Source: Mobula birostris
Taxonomy: Eukaryota
Direction of reading: 5' to 3'
Length of the DNA: 64,000 nt
Assembly (NCBI RefSeq): GCF_030028105.1
Contig: NC_092378.1
Coordinates: 71,885,672 to 71,949,671 of the forward strand
This document shows, piece by piece, positions 24,046 to 35,094 of this stretch. The first letter of the stretch is position 1; each line of letters starts with the position of its first letter. The notes under the pieces were generated by a model, which was not told the origin of the DNA, made no database searches, and saw only the letters and a list, made by a program, of their open reading frames with translations. The position numbers were made by a program, and so were the translations under genes.

Positions 24046-24952
24046 CTTTCCCTTTCTCCAGCCATTTCAGTCACCATTTTATGGTTAACAGCTATGTCCT
24101 TGAGACTTCAGTTTGGATTGGTAAGCAGCCCATCCACAAACTGAGGTGGCTTTATTCATGTTAACTTTTCTGACACAACAGAAGCTTTCCTTGTGTGAGG
24201 ACTATTCTCTTCATTTCTCTGAATGCTTTGCACTCATTTTTCTCAATGTAAAACGTTGGTAGTTGCTTGGCTTATACCCATTCCATTCAAACACTGATAT
24301 AAATAATTAATTAGTGGCAGGGTTACGTTTCTTGATTATCTAAGGAAAATAATGACATGTTCCTAAAACTAGGTAATAATAGAGATCTAGAAGATTATCA
24401 GGCTAGCAGGTAGGAGCTTAAGAAACAAATTAGGAGAGTCAAAAGGGGCCATTAGAAAGCCTTAGTAGACAGGATTAAGGAGAACCCCAAGGCATTCTAC
24501 AAGTATGTGAAGAGCAAGAGGATAAGATGTGAGAGAATGGGACCAATTAAGTGTGACAATGTAAAAATATGTATGGAACTGGAGGACATAGCAGGGGCAC
24601 TTAATGAATACTTTGCTTCAGTATTCACTATGGAAAAAGATCTTGATGATTGTAGGGATGACCTACAGCAGACTGAAAAGCTAGAGCATATAGATTATTA
24701 GGAAAGAGGATGTGCTGAAGCTTTTGGAAAGCATCAATTTGGATAAGTCACTGGGACCAGATGAAATGTACCCCAGACCAATGTGGAAGGCAAGGAAGGA
24801 GATTTCTGAGCCTCTGGCGATGATCCTTGCATCATCAATGGGGACAGGAGAGGTTGCAGAGGATTGGAGTGTTAAAACCATAGAAACCATAGAAACTACA
24901 GCACAGAAACAGGCCTTTTGGTCCTTCTTGGCTGTGCCGAACCATTTTCTGC

Positions 24953-27857
24953 CTAGTCCCACTGACCTGCACACGGACCATATCCCTCTATACACCTCCC
25001 ATCCATGTATCTGTCCAATTTATTCTTAAATGTTACAAAAGAACCCGCATTTACCACCTCGTCTGGTAGCTCATTCCATACTCCCACCACTCTCTGTGTG
25101 AAGAAGCCCCCCCTAATGTTCCCTTTAAACTTTTCCCCCCTCACCCTTAACCCATGTCCTCTGGTTTTTTTCTCCCCTTGCCTCAGTGGAAAAAGCCTGC
25201 TTGCATTCACTCTATCTATACCCATCATAATTTTATATACCTCTATCAAATCTCCCCTCATTCTTCTACGCTTCAGGGAATAAAGTCCTAACCTATTCAA
25301 CCTTTCTCTGTAACTGAGTTTCTCAAGTCCCGGCAACATCCTTGTAAACCTTCTCTGCACTCTTTCAACCTTATTTATATCCTTCTTGTAATTTGGTGAC
25401 CAAAACTGAACACAATACTCCAGATTCGGCCTCACCAATGCCTTATACAACATCATCATAACATTCCAGCTCTTATACTCAATACTTCGACTAATAAAGG
25501 CCAATGTACCAAAAGCTCTCTTTACGACCCTATCTATCTGTGATGACACTTTTAGGGAATTTTGTATCTGTATTCCCAGATCCCTCTGCTCCACTGCACT
25601 CCTCAGTGCCTTACCATTAACCCTGTACGTTCTACGTTGGTTTGTCCTTCCAAAGTGCAATACCTCACACTTGTCAGTATTAAACTCCATCTGCCATTTT
25701 TCAGCCCATTTTTCCAGCTGGTCCAAGTCCCTCTGCAGGCTCTGAAAACCTTCCTCACTGTCTACTACACCTCCAATCTTTGTATCTTGCTGATCCAATT
25801 TACCACATTATCATCCAGATCATTGATATAGATGACAAATAACAATGGACCCAGCACTGATCCCTGTGGCACACCACTAGTCACAGGCCTCCACTCAGAG
25901 AAGCAATTCTCTACCACCACTCTCTGGCTTCTTCCATTGAGCCAATGTCTAATCCAATTTACCACCTCTCCATGTATACCTAGCGACTGAATTTTCCTAA
26001 CTAACCTCCCATGCGGGACCTTGTCAAAGGCCTTACTGAAGTCCATGTAGACAATATCCACTGCCTTCCCTTCATCCACTTTCCTGGTAACCTCCTCGAA
26101 AAACTCCAACAGATTGGTCAAACATGACCTACCACGCACAAAGCCATGTTGACTCTCCCTAATAAGCCCCTGTCTATCCAAATGCTTGTAGATTCTGTCT
26201 CTTAGTACTCCCTCCAATAACTTATCTACTACTGACGTTAAACTCACCAGCCTATAATTTCCCGGATTACTTTTCGATCCTTTTTTAAACAACGGAACAA
26301 CATGAGCCACTCTCCAATCCTCCAGCATTTCACCCGTAGACAGCGACATTTTCAATATTTCTGCCAGGGCCCCTGCAATTTCAACACTAGTCTCCTTCAA
26401 GGTCCGAGGGAAAACTCTGTCAGGTCCCGGGGATTTATCCACTTTAGTTTTCCTCAAGACAGCAAGCACCTCCTCCTTTTCAATCTGTACAGTTTCCATG
26501 GTCTCACTACTTGATTCCCTCAATTCCATAGATTTCATGCCAGCTTCCTTAGTAAATACAGATGCAAAAAACCTATTTAAGATCTCCCCCATTTCCTTTG
26601 GTTCCGCACAAAGCCGACCACTCTGATCTTCAAGAGGACAAATTTTATCCCTTACAATCCTTTTGCTCTTAATATACTTGTAAAAGCTCTTTGGATTATC
26701 CTTCACTTTGACTGCCAAGGCAACCTCATGTCTTCTTTTAGCCCTCCTGATTTCTTTCTTAAGTATTTTCTTGCACTTCTTATACTCCTCAAGCACCTGA
26801 TTTACCCCCTGTTTCCTATACATTTCATACAACACCCTCTTCTTCTTTATCAGAGTTGCAATATCCCTTGAGAACCAAGGTTCCTTATTCCTATTCAATT
26901 TGCCTTTAATCCTGACAGGAACATACAAACTCTGCACTCTCAAAATTTCCCCTTTGAAGGCTTCCCACCTACCAATCACATCTTTGCCAGAGAACAACCT
27001 GTCCCAATCCACGCTTTTTAGATCCTTTCTCATTTCTTCAAATTTGGCCTTCTTCCAGTTCAGAACCTCAACCCTAGGACCAGATCTATCCTTGTCCATG
27101 ATCAAATTGAAACTAATGGTGTTATGATCTCTGGAACCAAAGTGCTCCCCTACACAGACTTCCGTCACTTGCCCTAATTCGTTACCTAACAGAAGATCCA
27201 ATATTGCGTCCCCTCTATATATTGATTTAGAAAACTTTCCTGAACACATTTTACAAACTCTAAACCATCTAGACCCCTAACAGTATGGGAGTCCCAATCA
27301 ATGTATGGAAAATTAAAATCCCCTACCACCACAACTTTATGTTTCCTGCAGTTGCCTGCTATCTCTCTGCAGATTTGCTCTTCCAAGTCTCGTTGACTAT
27401 TGGGTGGTCTGTAACACAATCCCACTAATGTGGCCATACCTTTCCTGTTTCTCAGCTCCACCCATAAGGACTCAGTAGACAAGCCCTCTAATCTGTCCTG
27501 CCTGAGCACTGCTGTAATATTTTCCCTAACAAACAATGCTACTCCCCCACCTTTCATTCCTCTGCCTCGATCACATCTGAAACATCGGAACCCTGGAATA
27601 TTAAGCTGCCAGTCCTGCCCCTCCTGTAGCCAAGTTTCACTAATTGCTACAACATCATAATTCCACGTGTCAATCCACACCCTCAACTCATCCGCCTTCC
27701 CCGCAATACTCCTAACATTGAAATATATACACCTCAGAAGATTTTTACCACCACTCACAACCTTTCTATCAGCGGATTTGCTTAAACCTTCAACATCATT
27801 TATTTTCACCCCAGCCACACTGTCAGCTCTGGCACTCTGGTTCCCATCCCCTCGCAA
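24953..27857 (-). pseudogene. CR1 ORF2 (APE endonuclease and reverse transcriptase), two frameshifts
   Basis: YFNVRSI, ISETWL, YRPP, GDFNFP, SRDH; [31 protein letters not shown]; frameshifts near 27215 and 25787. Confidence 0.92.
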
Positions 27858-27859
27858 AT

Positions 27860-28795
27860 CTAGTTTGAAGCCTCCCCAATAGCACTAACAAACCTCCCTG
27901 AAAGGATATTGGTCCCCCTGTGGTTCAAGTGTAACCCGTCTCTCTTGTACAGGTCCCACCTGCCCCAGAAGAGGTCCCAATGATCCTGAAATCTGAAACC
28001 CTGCCCCCTACACCAGTTCCTCAGCCACTTGTTCCTCCTCCAGAGCATCCTATTCCTACCCTCACTGGCACCTAGCATAGGTAGCAATCCTGAGATTACT
28101 ACCCTTGAGGTTCTGCTTTTCAACTTCCTACCAAGCTCTCTATACTCACTGTCCAGGACCTCTTCACTCTTCCTTGCTATGTCATTGGTACCGATGTGCA
28201 CCACGACATCTGGCTAGTCACCCTCCCACTTCAGAATGTCATGCAATCGATCAGAGACATCCTTGACCCTGGCACCTGGGAGGCAACAAACCATCCTGGA
28301 TTCTCTGTCACGACCACAGAACCTTCTATCTGCACCTCTAACTATCGAGTCCCCTATCACTACCACTCTCCTCTTTCTCCCCCCTCCCTTCTGCACTGCA
28401 GAGCCAGACTCAGTGCCAGAGATCCGGCTACTGCAGCTTGTCCCAGGTAAGTCATCCACCCCAACAGTATCCAATGCAGTATACTTGTTGTTGAGGTGAA
28501 TGGCCACAGGGGAACCCTGCTCTGCCTGCCTTTTCCTCTTCCCTTGCCTGACAGTAACCCAATTTCCTGTGCTCTGCTCCTTTGGCGTAACTACCTCCCT
28601 GTAGCTACGATCTATAATCTCCTCATTCTCCCGAATGATCCGCAGGTCATCCAGCTCCTGCTCCAGTTCCGTAACGCGGTTTGTCAGGAGCTGCAGCTGG
28701 ATGCACTTCTTGCAGGAGTCATTGTCAGGGACACCAGAGGACTCCCTGACTTCCCACATCCTGCAAGAGGAGCATTCCAACATCCTGCCTGGCAT
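27860..28795 (-). pseudogene. CR1 ORF1 (zinc finger, coiled coil, SGNH esterase), one in-frame TAG
   Basis: CSSC...CKKC, LTNRVTELEQELDDL, VIGDSIVR, VHIGTND, RDGLHLN; TAG at 28214-28216 where Gln is expected. Confidence 0.9.
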
Positions 28796-29479
28796 TCTCT
28801 CTACTGTAAAGAACCTGAACAAAAAACTTACCTACCCTGGCCTCTGCCTGTTGTCGCCGAAGCCTGTTTGAGCCAAAGCCCTCCCACTCTCACTCAGTCC
28901 ACTCCGACGATGGCCACTACAACGATGGCCGCTGTATATGGTGGTCTGCTTTTTAAACCTTTGCTCGCTACATCACGCGCCTGCGCAGTGCAGACCCTTC
29001 TCCCCGAGCAGTGTTTAAAAAAAACTACTTTGTTGTGGATGTTGTTCCCTTATTCAAGAAAGGGAATAGAGATAGCCCAGGAAATAATAGACCAGTGAGT
29101 CTTAATTCAGTGGTTGGCAAGTTGATAGAGAAGATCCTGAGAGGCAGGATTTATGAACATTTGGAGAGGCATAATATGATTAGGAATAGTCAGCATGGCT
29201 TTGTCAAAGGCAAGTCATGCCTTACGAGCCTGACTGAATTTTTTGAGGATGTGACAAAACACATTGATGAAGATAGAGCAGTAGATGTCGTGTATATGGA
29301 TTTCAGCAAGGGCCTGTATTGTACTGTAGGGTTTCTATGTTTCTGTGTTTCCAAAATTATAGTTTCCAAAATTCAGCAAGCACAAATTAATCCTATGCAA
29401 TGGAATTTAAATTTCCTGTTTACTGAAGGGGCCCTTGTGCCTTAGAAGCATTAATCAGACACCTTAAATTTACTAGTGA

Positions 29480-29680
29480 CACAATGGACTGCTGATGTTG
29501 GAATCTGGAGCAACATTCAAAATGCTGGAGGAACTCACAGATTAGGCAGCATCTATGGAGAACCGATGTTTCGGGCCAAGACCCTTCATCTGTCTCAAGC
29601 TGAAATATCAGCTGTTCATTTCCCTCCATAGATCCTGACTAATCTGCTGAGTTCTTCCATCTTTTTATGTGTTGCTAACT
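29480..29680. mobile_element. Fold-back (palindromic) PLE-terminus element
   Basis: gcaacattcaaaatgctggaggaactc...atctatggag / ctccatagat...ctgctgagttcttcca...tgtgttgc inverted arms; hammerhead-like motif on minus strand 29561-29597. Confidence 0.7.
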
Positions 29681-30266
29681 TAACAATACCAATGAGATCC
29701 TTGACATCTACTGAAGTGCATTTCTACAAACCCTGCTTCCCTATGGTTCACCACAAAGCATCATGTCCACCAAATGAAGATGAGCTGCCAGTCGTGCTAA
29801 CATGACTGCCTCCTCACAGTCACCCTTTCCCGTTGATTAATCTGATGGACATTTGCGATATCTACCCAGTTGCTCAGAATTCTCTACCCCGGAAGACAGC
29901 TGATCCATTAAACCTACTCGAGGCTGTGATTGGACATGGCTTTACAGTTTAGGGGAATGTAGGTTGAAGGGAATAGGCAAGGAAATGGACTTGGTGCGAA
30001 GATCAGTTCAACCTTGACCTCATTACATAATGAAACAGGTTTGAGGAGGTTTATGTTCCTTCTGTTTATGTGATTTAGTGATCATCAGCTGCAAAGGAAA
30101 GTTCTCTTAGGTGAGTGGTGGGACATAAATTGAGGCCTGTGCTAATTGCTCTGATTTGATGCTAATCCTAATTTATTTGTAGATTAGGTTGTAAAATTAC
30201 CATCTTGAAGACAAATTTTCCTGGGATCATGCCAGCATGGAGGGTCGATACAGAGAGTTACTAATT

Positions 30267-30768
30267 TATAGCTAGCGTCCTTAAGACATTTGCGCAGTAT
30301 TGTATTTGTCAACGTGGAGCAGAGAGTGAGTTTGTAAACCTGGCAGAAGTAAAGGATGCTGAGAATGGTGAGGGTGGAACTCTGCAGGAGGGGTGTAGGA
30401 CAGGGCGTATGGGATAGGGGGTGTCATGGGTGCAGACACACCCAGCCCTGAGCCACCAGGCAAGGTCATTTGATTCCAAACAATTAGTTCATTGATCACT
30501 ACAGAATGTCTCTCTGGTGCTTCCTGCTCCCTCCCATCGCCCTTCCCCTTTTCCCATCCATGATTCCCTTCTCCCTGTCCCCCCTCCACTCCCAGTCCAT
30601 AATAGAGACCCATATCAGAATCAGGTTTATCATCACTCATGTACACCATGAAGTTTGTTTTTTTTGCAGCAGCAGTACAATGCAATACTTAAAATTACTA
30701 CTGTACTGTGCAAAAGTCTTGGGCAACTTAGTTATTATATATAGGGTACAGACGTTAGCACACTACTG
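30267..30768. mobile_element. Composite non-autonomous Tc1/mariner-type element (copy 2, left end truncated)
   Basis: Core similar to 9314-9690; TIR copies at 30278-30302 and 30701-30725 and degenerate terminal TIR to 30768. Confidence 0.75.
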
Positions 30769-32289
30769 TCTTTAAATCGATTAAATAGCTTCCCTTATCA
30801 AAATATGATTCTTATCGGCAGAGAATTTCCAGTGTCTTGCATAGGATGATTCAACATCACACAAGACAGTAGAATGCCATAGCGGAGTAGAATGCCAGGA
30901 AACCTCTTGATTTTAAGAAGTCACTTCACAGGAGTTAAGCAATCCCATTACACAGAAGATGAATACAGCTCCAAACCTAAAACAAACAATGCTTAGACAT
31001 AAACACACGAAATTCTGCATTTGCTGGAAGTCTAAGGCAACACACACAAGAGATGGAGGAAAATGAGCAAACTTTGCTGAGTTTCTCTAGCATATTGCTT
31101 AGATGTGGATGTACTTTACAGGCTAAAAGTAGCTTCAGGGGTAGCCTGCACACGAACAATTAAAATAATCCTTTAAGGTTGAATTCCACCAGGATTCAAC
31201 TCAGCTAAGCAGGAGATCAAAGATATCATTGGCTGCAAGTAGCCACACTGAGAGACCTACATTCCTTCTATAAAACACTAATCAGCCTCTTGCTGCCTAA
31301 GCACAAATCCCACACGAGGAGACAGAGATCAAAATATTAAAGGAAAACCGAACGTTGAGATCTGCAGCTTGTTTGATATTGTTGTAAAGCAGCAGGCAGA
31401 ATTTGCTATTTCATTTAAAATGCTTCCTTATTCTTGATTGCTCGTTCTTCTCCCTGATGACCAGGGTATTACAATGATCTGACTTTAATGTGTCTACTTA
31501 GCACCTGAATGTATTTCAAGAGCAATCTGAAGATTTAAGGATTGTTGGAGAAAGGTCGACATTGTAATTCCATTATCTGTATTGCAGCATTTCATAGTAG
31601 GAAGCCTACTCTCAAGCTCCTGAGATCAGAGTGAGTCCTAGAACCAAACTGGGAAGTTAAATGGTCCAAATCATTCAGAATAATTCTGTAGTTTCCCTAC
31701 TTGAGACACGGAAAAGCCTTTCTCAAATTATGGGATTAAAATATTGCAGTGCTGTTCATACCTGCTGTCTTTACATGTGCATTTGAGAGCGGTTCTGTAT
31801 TTATTGCACGGACATGATGCAACATGGAAATTCCCGAACTTCTACAATTTATTTAGCCTTCCTCCATAAACTTTTGACATTGTTGCAGCCTTCCCAATCA
31901 TAGCCACTGAACTAGTCTCACTGTAAAATTCCTTTAAAATGTGACACTTCATTGCATCAGGTCTAAATGAGCTTTACATAGTGTACTACATCATAATCAT
32001 TGGCATCATCTTAAAGAACTAATTGCATACCGAAGCCTTAAACTGGAAAATTTGCCAGACCATTTCAGAGGACAGAAATCAACCTCATGATCAGTTCAGA
32101 ATCATTTATAGGTTAGGCTATCTCAGAGCAGGCAGTCTAACCTAAAGGATGTCAAAAGCTAGATTGGTTTTTATGGAAATATGCTGGTTTCATAGGTCTT
32201 ACTAAATTACTTATCCAAATTTATTTCTCCCAGTGGCTTCAGAGTAATCTGAACCCTTGTTGAGTGATCAGGCTTCCCATTGTAATTGG

Positions 32290-32595
32290 AAACGGAAGAG
32301 ATTACAGATACCGAAATCTGGAGCAACAAAGAAGGCATTTGGGAAACTCAGCAGGACAGACAGCATTTTTGGAGGGAAATGGATAGTCCATGTATGGAGT
32401 TGAGATGCTTCATCTGGACTGATGAAGGCTCCAGAACCGAATCATCAACTATCCATTTACCATTTACCTGGATCCATCAACCATCTAGTTACCTGGACTG
32501 ATGAAGAGTCCTGACTCAAATCAATGACCATCCATTTACCCTCACTGATGCTGCCTGACCCATTGAGTTTCTCCAGAATCTTGCTTGTTGCGTCT
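32290..32595. mobile_element. Fold-back PLE-terminus element with internal duplication
   Basis: Inverted arms; CTGATGA cores at 32419 and 32498; inverse core cttcatctg at 32408-32416. Confidence 0.65.
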
Positions 32596-33062
32596 TATTG
32601 TAAACGCCTTGTATTCATATCCAACAATAAACCACATTGTAAAGTAATAAATATAGTATCCAGTTTTTCACAATTTTGTTTATAATATTTCAGCTTCAAC
32701 TTTAATCATATGTTCTGTTCTTAGCTAACATTATGTAAATTGTTTACAATTCTGGGCAAAACATTATGAGATTGTCTTTTCTTCTTTAGCTGCTGTTTGT
32801 AAAAAATCTTCAATGCTAGTCTGGTCTCCACATTTTTGATTTCCCTTGTATCTAAAAATACTGTTTAATAACTCAGTTCCGTCAAGTCTTTGGGATGGAG
32901 AATTGTAAAGATTCACATTCCCCTGAGAAAAGAAATCACTCCTCATCTTAATCTGAAGTAGTTGATTGTTTATGATAATTAGAGAAACAGAATAGAGAAG
33001 GTCAAGTGACAGAGATCACTGCACGGAGTCCTTACAGGTGATTGCTTTCTCTTCTCTCATAG

Positions 33063-34015
33063 TTGGCACAGGAGCAAAGCGGTTAGCGCGATCACTTAAC
33101 AGCCCTCCCAAACACAGATTGGGGTTTTTCCGCCATTAGTATCTGTAAGCAGTTAGAATGTTTCCCCATGACCGCGTGGGTTTCTTCAGGTTCCTTCCCA
33201 CATTTGGACCCATCATTTAAATATTACTGCGAAGAAAGCAGGCAACACCTCTACTTCCTCAGGAGTCTGCGGAGATTCAGCATGTCATCAGAAACCTTGG
33301 CAAACTTCTATAGATGTGTGGTAGAAAGTGTGCTGACTGGCTGCATTACGGCCTGTTATGGGAACACCAATGCCTTTGAGAAAATGAAATCCTACTAAGG
33401 GTAGTGGATCTCGCCCAGTACATCATGGGTAAAACTCTCCCAACCATTGAGCACATCTACATGAAATGTTGCTGCGGAAAAGCAGCATCCAACATCAAAG
33501 ATCCTCACCACCCAGGCCATGCTCTTTTCTCTTTGTTGCCATAAGGTAGAAGGTACAGGTGCCTCAGGACTCACATCACCAGATTCAAGAACAGTTACTA
33601 CCCCTCAACCATCAGGCTGTTGAACAAAAGGGGATAGCTACACGTATTTAAGGACTCTTTTATCTTGTTATTTCAGGCTCATTATTTATTACTATTTATT
33701 TATATCTGCATTTGCACAATTTGTTTACAGTTTACAGATACTCTTCTATAAATTTGTTAAATATGCCCACAGAAAAGGAATCTCAGGGTTGCATGTAGTG
33801 ATATGTATGTACGCTGCTAATAGATTTTATTTGAACTTTGAATGTTTTAAAGACATATGGTTAGGATTAGTGAGTTGCAGGCATGCAATGTTGGCATGTG
33901 AACCATGGTGACACTTGCCAGCTACCCTCAGCATAATTTTCAGACTGTGTTTCACTGTAGCAACTATTTCACTGTATATTTCAATGTGCATGTGCCAAAT
34001 AAAATTAATCTAATC
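33063..34015 (+). mobile_element. tRNA-derived SINE (33063-33200, 33845-34015) interrupted by a Rex LINE
   Basis: SINE body resumes (aaagacatatggttagg) after the LINE tail. Confidence 0.65.
33200..33842 (+). mobile_element. Rex-type LINE 3' part
   Basis: RQHLYFLRSLRRFSMSSETLANFYRCVVESVLTGCIT; (TTTGAAC)n tail. Confidence 0.85.
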
Positions 34016-34056
34016 TCAGTCTCTGTAATGGCATAGAGTTCCGGTAATTAGATATA

Positions 34057-34599
34057 AACTCAGTGGCCACTTCATTAGGTACATTCTAATCAGCCAATCA
34101 TGTGGCAGCAACTCAATGCATAAAAGCATGCTGACATGATCAAGAGGTTCACTTGTTCAGACCAATCATCAGAATGAGGAAGCGATGTGGTCTAAGTTAC
34201 TTTGTCCATGGAATGATTGTTTGTGCCAAGCAGGGTGGTTTGAATATTTTAGAAATTGCTGATCTTCTGGGATTTTCACACATAACAGTCTCTGGAGTTT
34301 ACAGAGAATATTGCAAAATAACAAAAACAAAACACATCCAGTGAGTGGCAGTTCTGTGGGCAAAAACATCTTGTTACTGAGAGAAGTCAGAGAATGGCCA
34401 GACTGGTTCAAGCTGACAGGGAAGCAAGCACAACCCAAATAACTATGCATTCCAACAGTGGTTTTCAGAAGAGCATCTCTAAACACACAAAATATCAAAC
34501 ATGGAAGTGGATAGGCAACAGCAGCAGACAACCATGAACATACACCCAGTGGCCACTTTATTAGATACTTCCTGTACCTAATAAAGTAGCCACCGAGTG
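34057..34599 (+). mobile_element. Tc1-like transposon deletion derivative with N-terminal HTH remnant
   Basis: TIR CTCAGTGGCCACTTCATTAGGTACA; peptide LSYFVHGMIVCAKQGGLNILEIADLLGFSHITVSGVYREY is Tc1 paired-like HTH; terminal palindrome 34545-34599. Confidence 0.85.
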
Positions 34600-34774
34600 G
34601 ATACTTAATGCAATATTTGCAATGCATGCTGACATTTATGCTTTTCATTTCTTTTTAGAATGCTGGACATTAAACTGTGAATTGTTATCCCTGGGAAATA
34701 GAGCTAATTCTGAATGAGGATAATTTTAATCAGGAGCACTCAGAAACTAGTGAAGGGTGATAATTCCACACGAC

Positions 34775-34930
34775 GATAGATAGATAGATAGATAGATACT
34801 TTATTGATCCCAAAATAAATTACAGTGTTACAGTAGCATTACAACTGCACAGATATACAAATATCAGAAGAGAAGTAAGAACGAATAAAAAATAAGTTGC
34901 TTCAACCAGTCTAACAGGAAGAGGGCGTCA
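34775..34930 (-). mobile_element. LINE 3' terminus with (TATC)n tail
   Basis: (GATA)n directly followed by ctttattgatccc (AATAAAG on minus strand). Confidence 0.55.
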
Positions 34931-35094
34931 CAGGAAAGGACAGTTAAGGATTATCATCTCATTGCTTTCAATCACTTGTAATCCATAGTTATTCTCATCA
35001 TCTTCAGACCTTTCTGGAAGCACTTATTTATCCAGTCAACAAAATGTTTAATGAGATTGTCTTCCTCTTTAATGTGCAACAGGATATTTAATTT

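Larger units (their letters stand above)
24874..29030 (-). mobile_element. Essentially full-length CR1 LINE (~4.16 kb), young but inactivated
   Basis: 5'UTR, ORF1, ORF2 (APE endonuclease and RT), 3'UTR, (TTTCTATGG)n tail; TGTT duplicated at 24870-24873 and 29031-29034. Confidence 0.95.
24395..29352 (+). mobile_element. Older host CR1 fragment (24395-24873 and 29031-29352), split by the full-length CR1
   Basis: DKSLGPDEMYPR...EVAEDWSV resumes as [10 protein letters not shown]...QHGFVKGKSCLT...VYMDFSK after the insertion. Confidence 0.85.

Noticed and set aside
28805-28836. Splice donor GGTAAGT and acceptor TTTACAG in the CR1 5'UTR (minus strand)
   Set aside because: Only about 25 nt apart, too short for a spliceosomal intron
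31446-31533. Box C/D snoRNA-like pattern (TGATGA...CTGA...CTGA)
   Set aside because: Box C lacks the leading purine, the terminal stem is marginal and I recognise no rRNA/snRNA guide; likely chance
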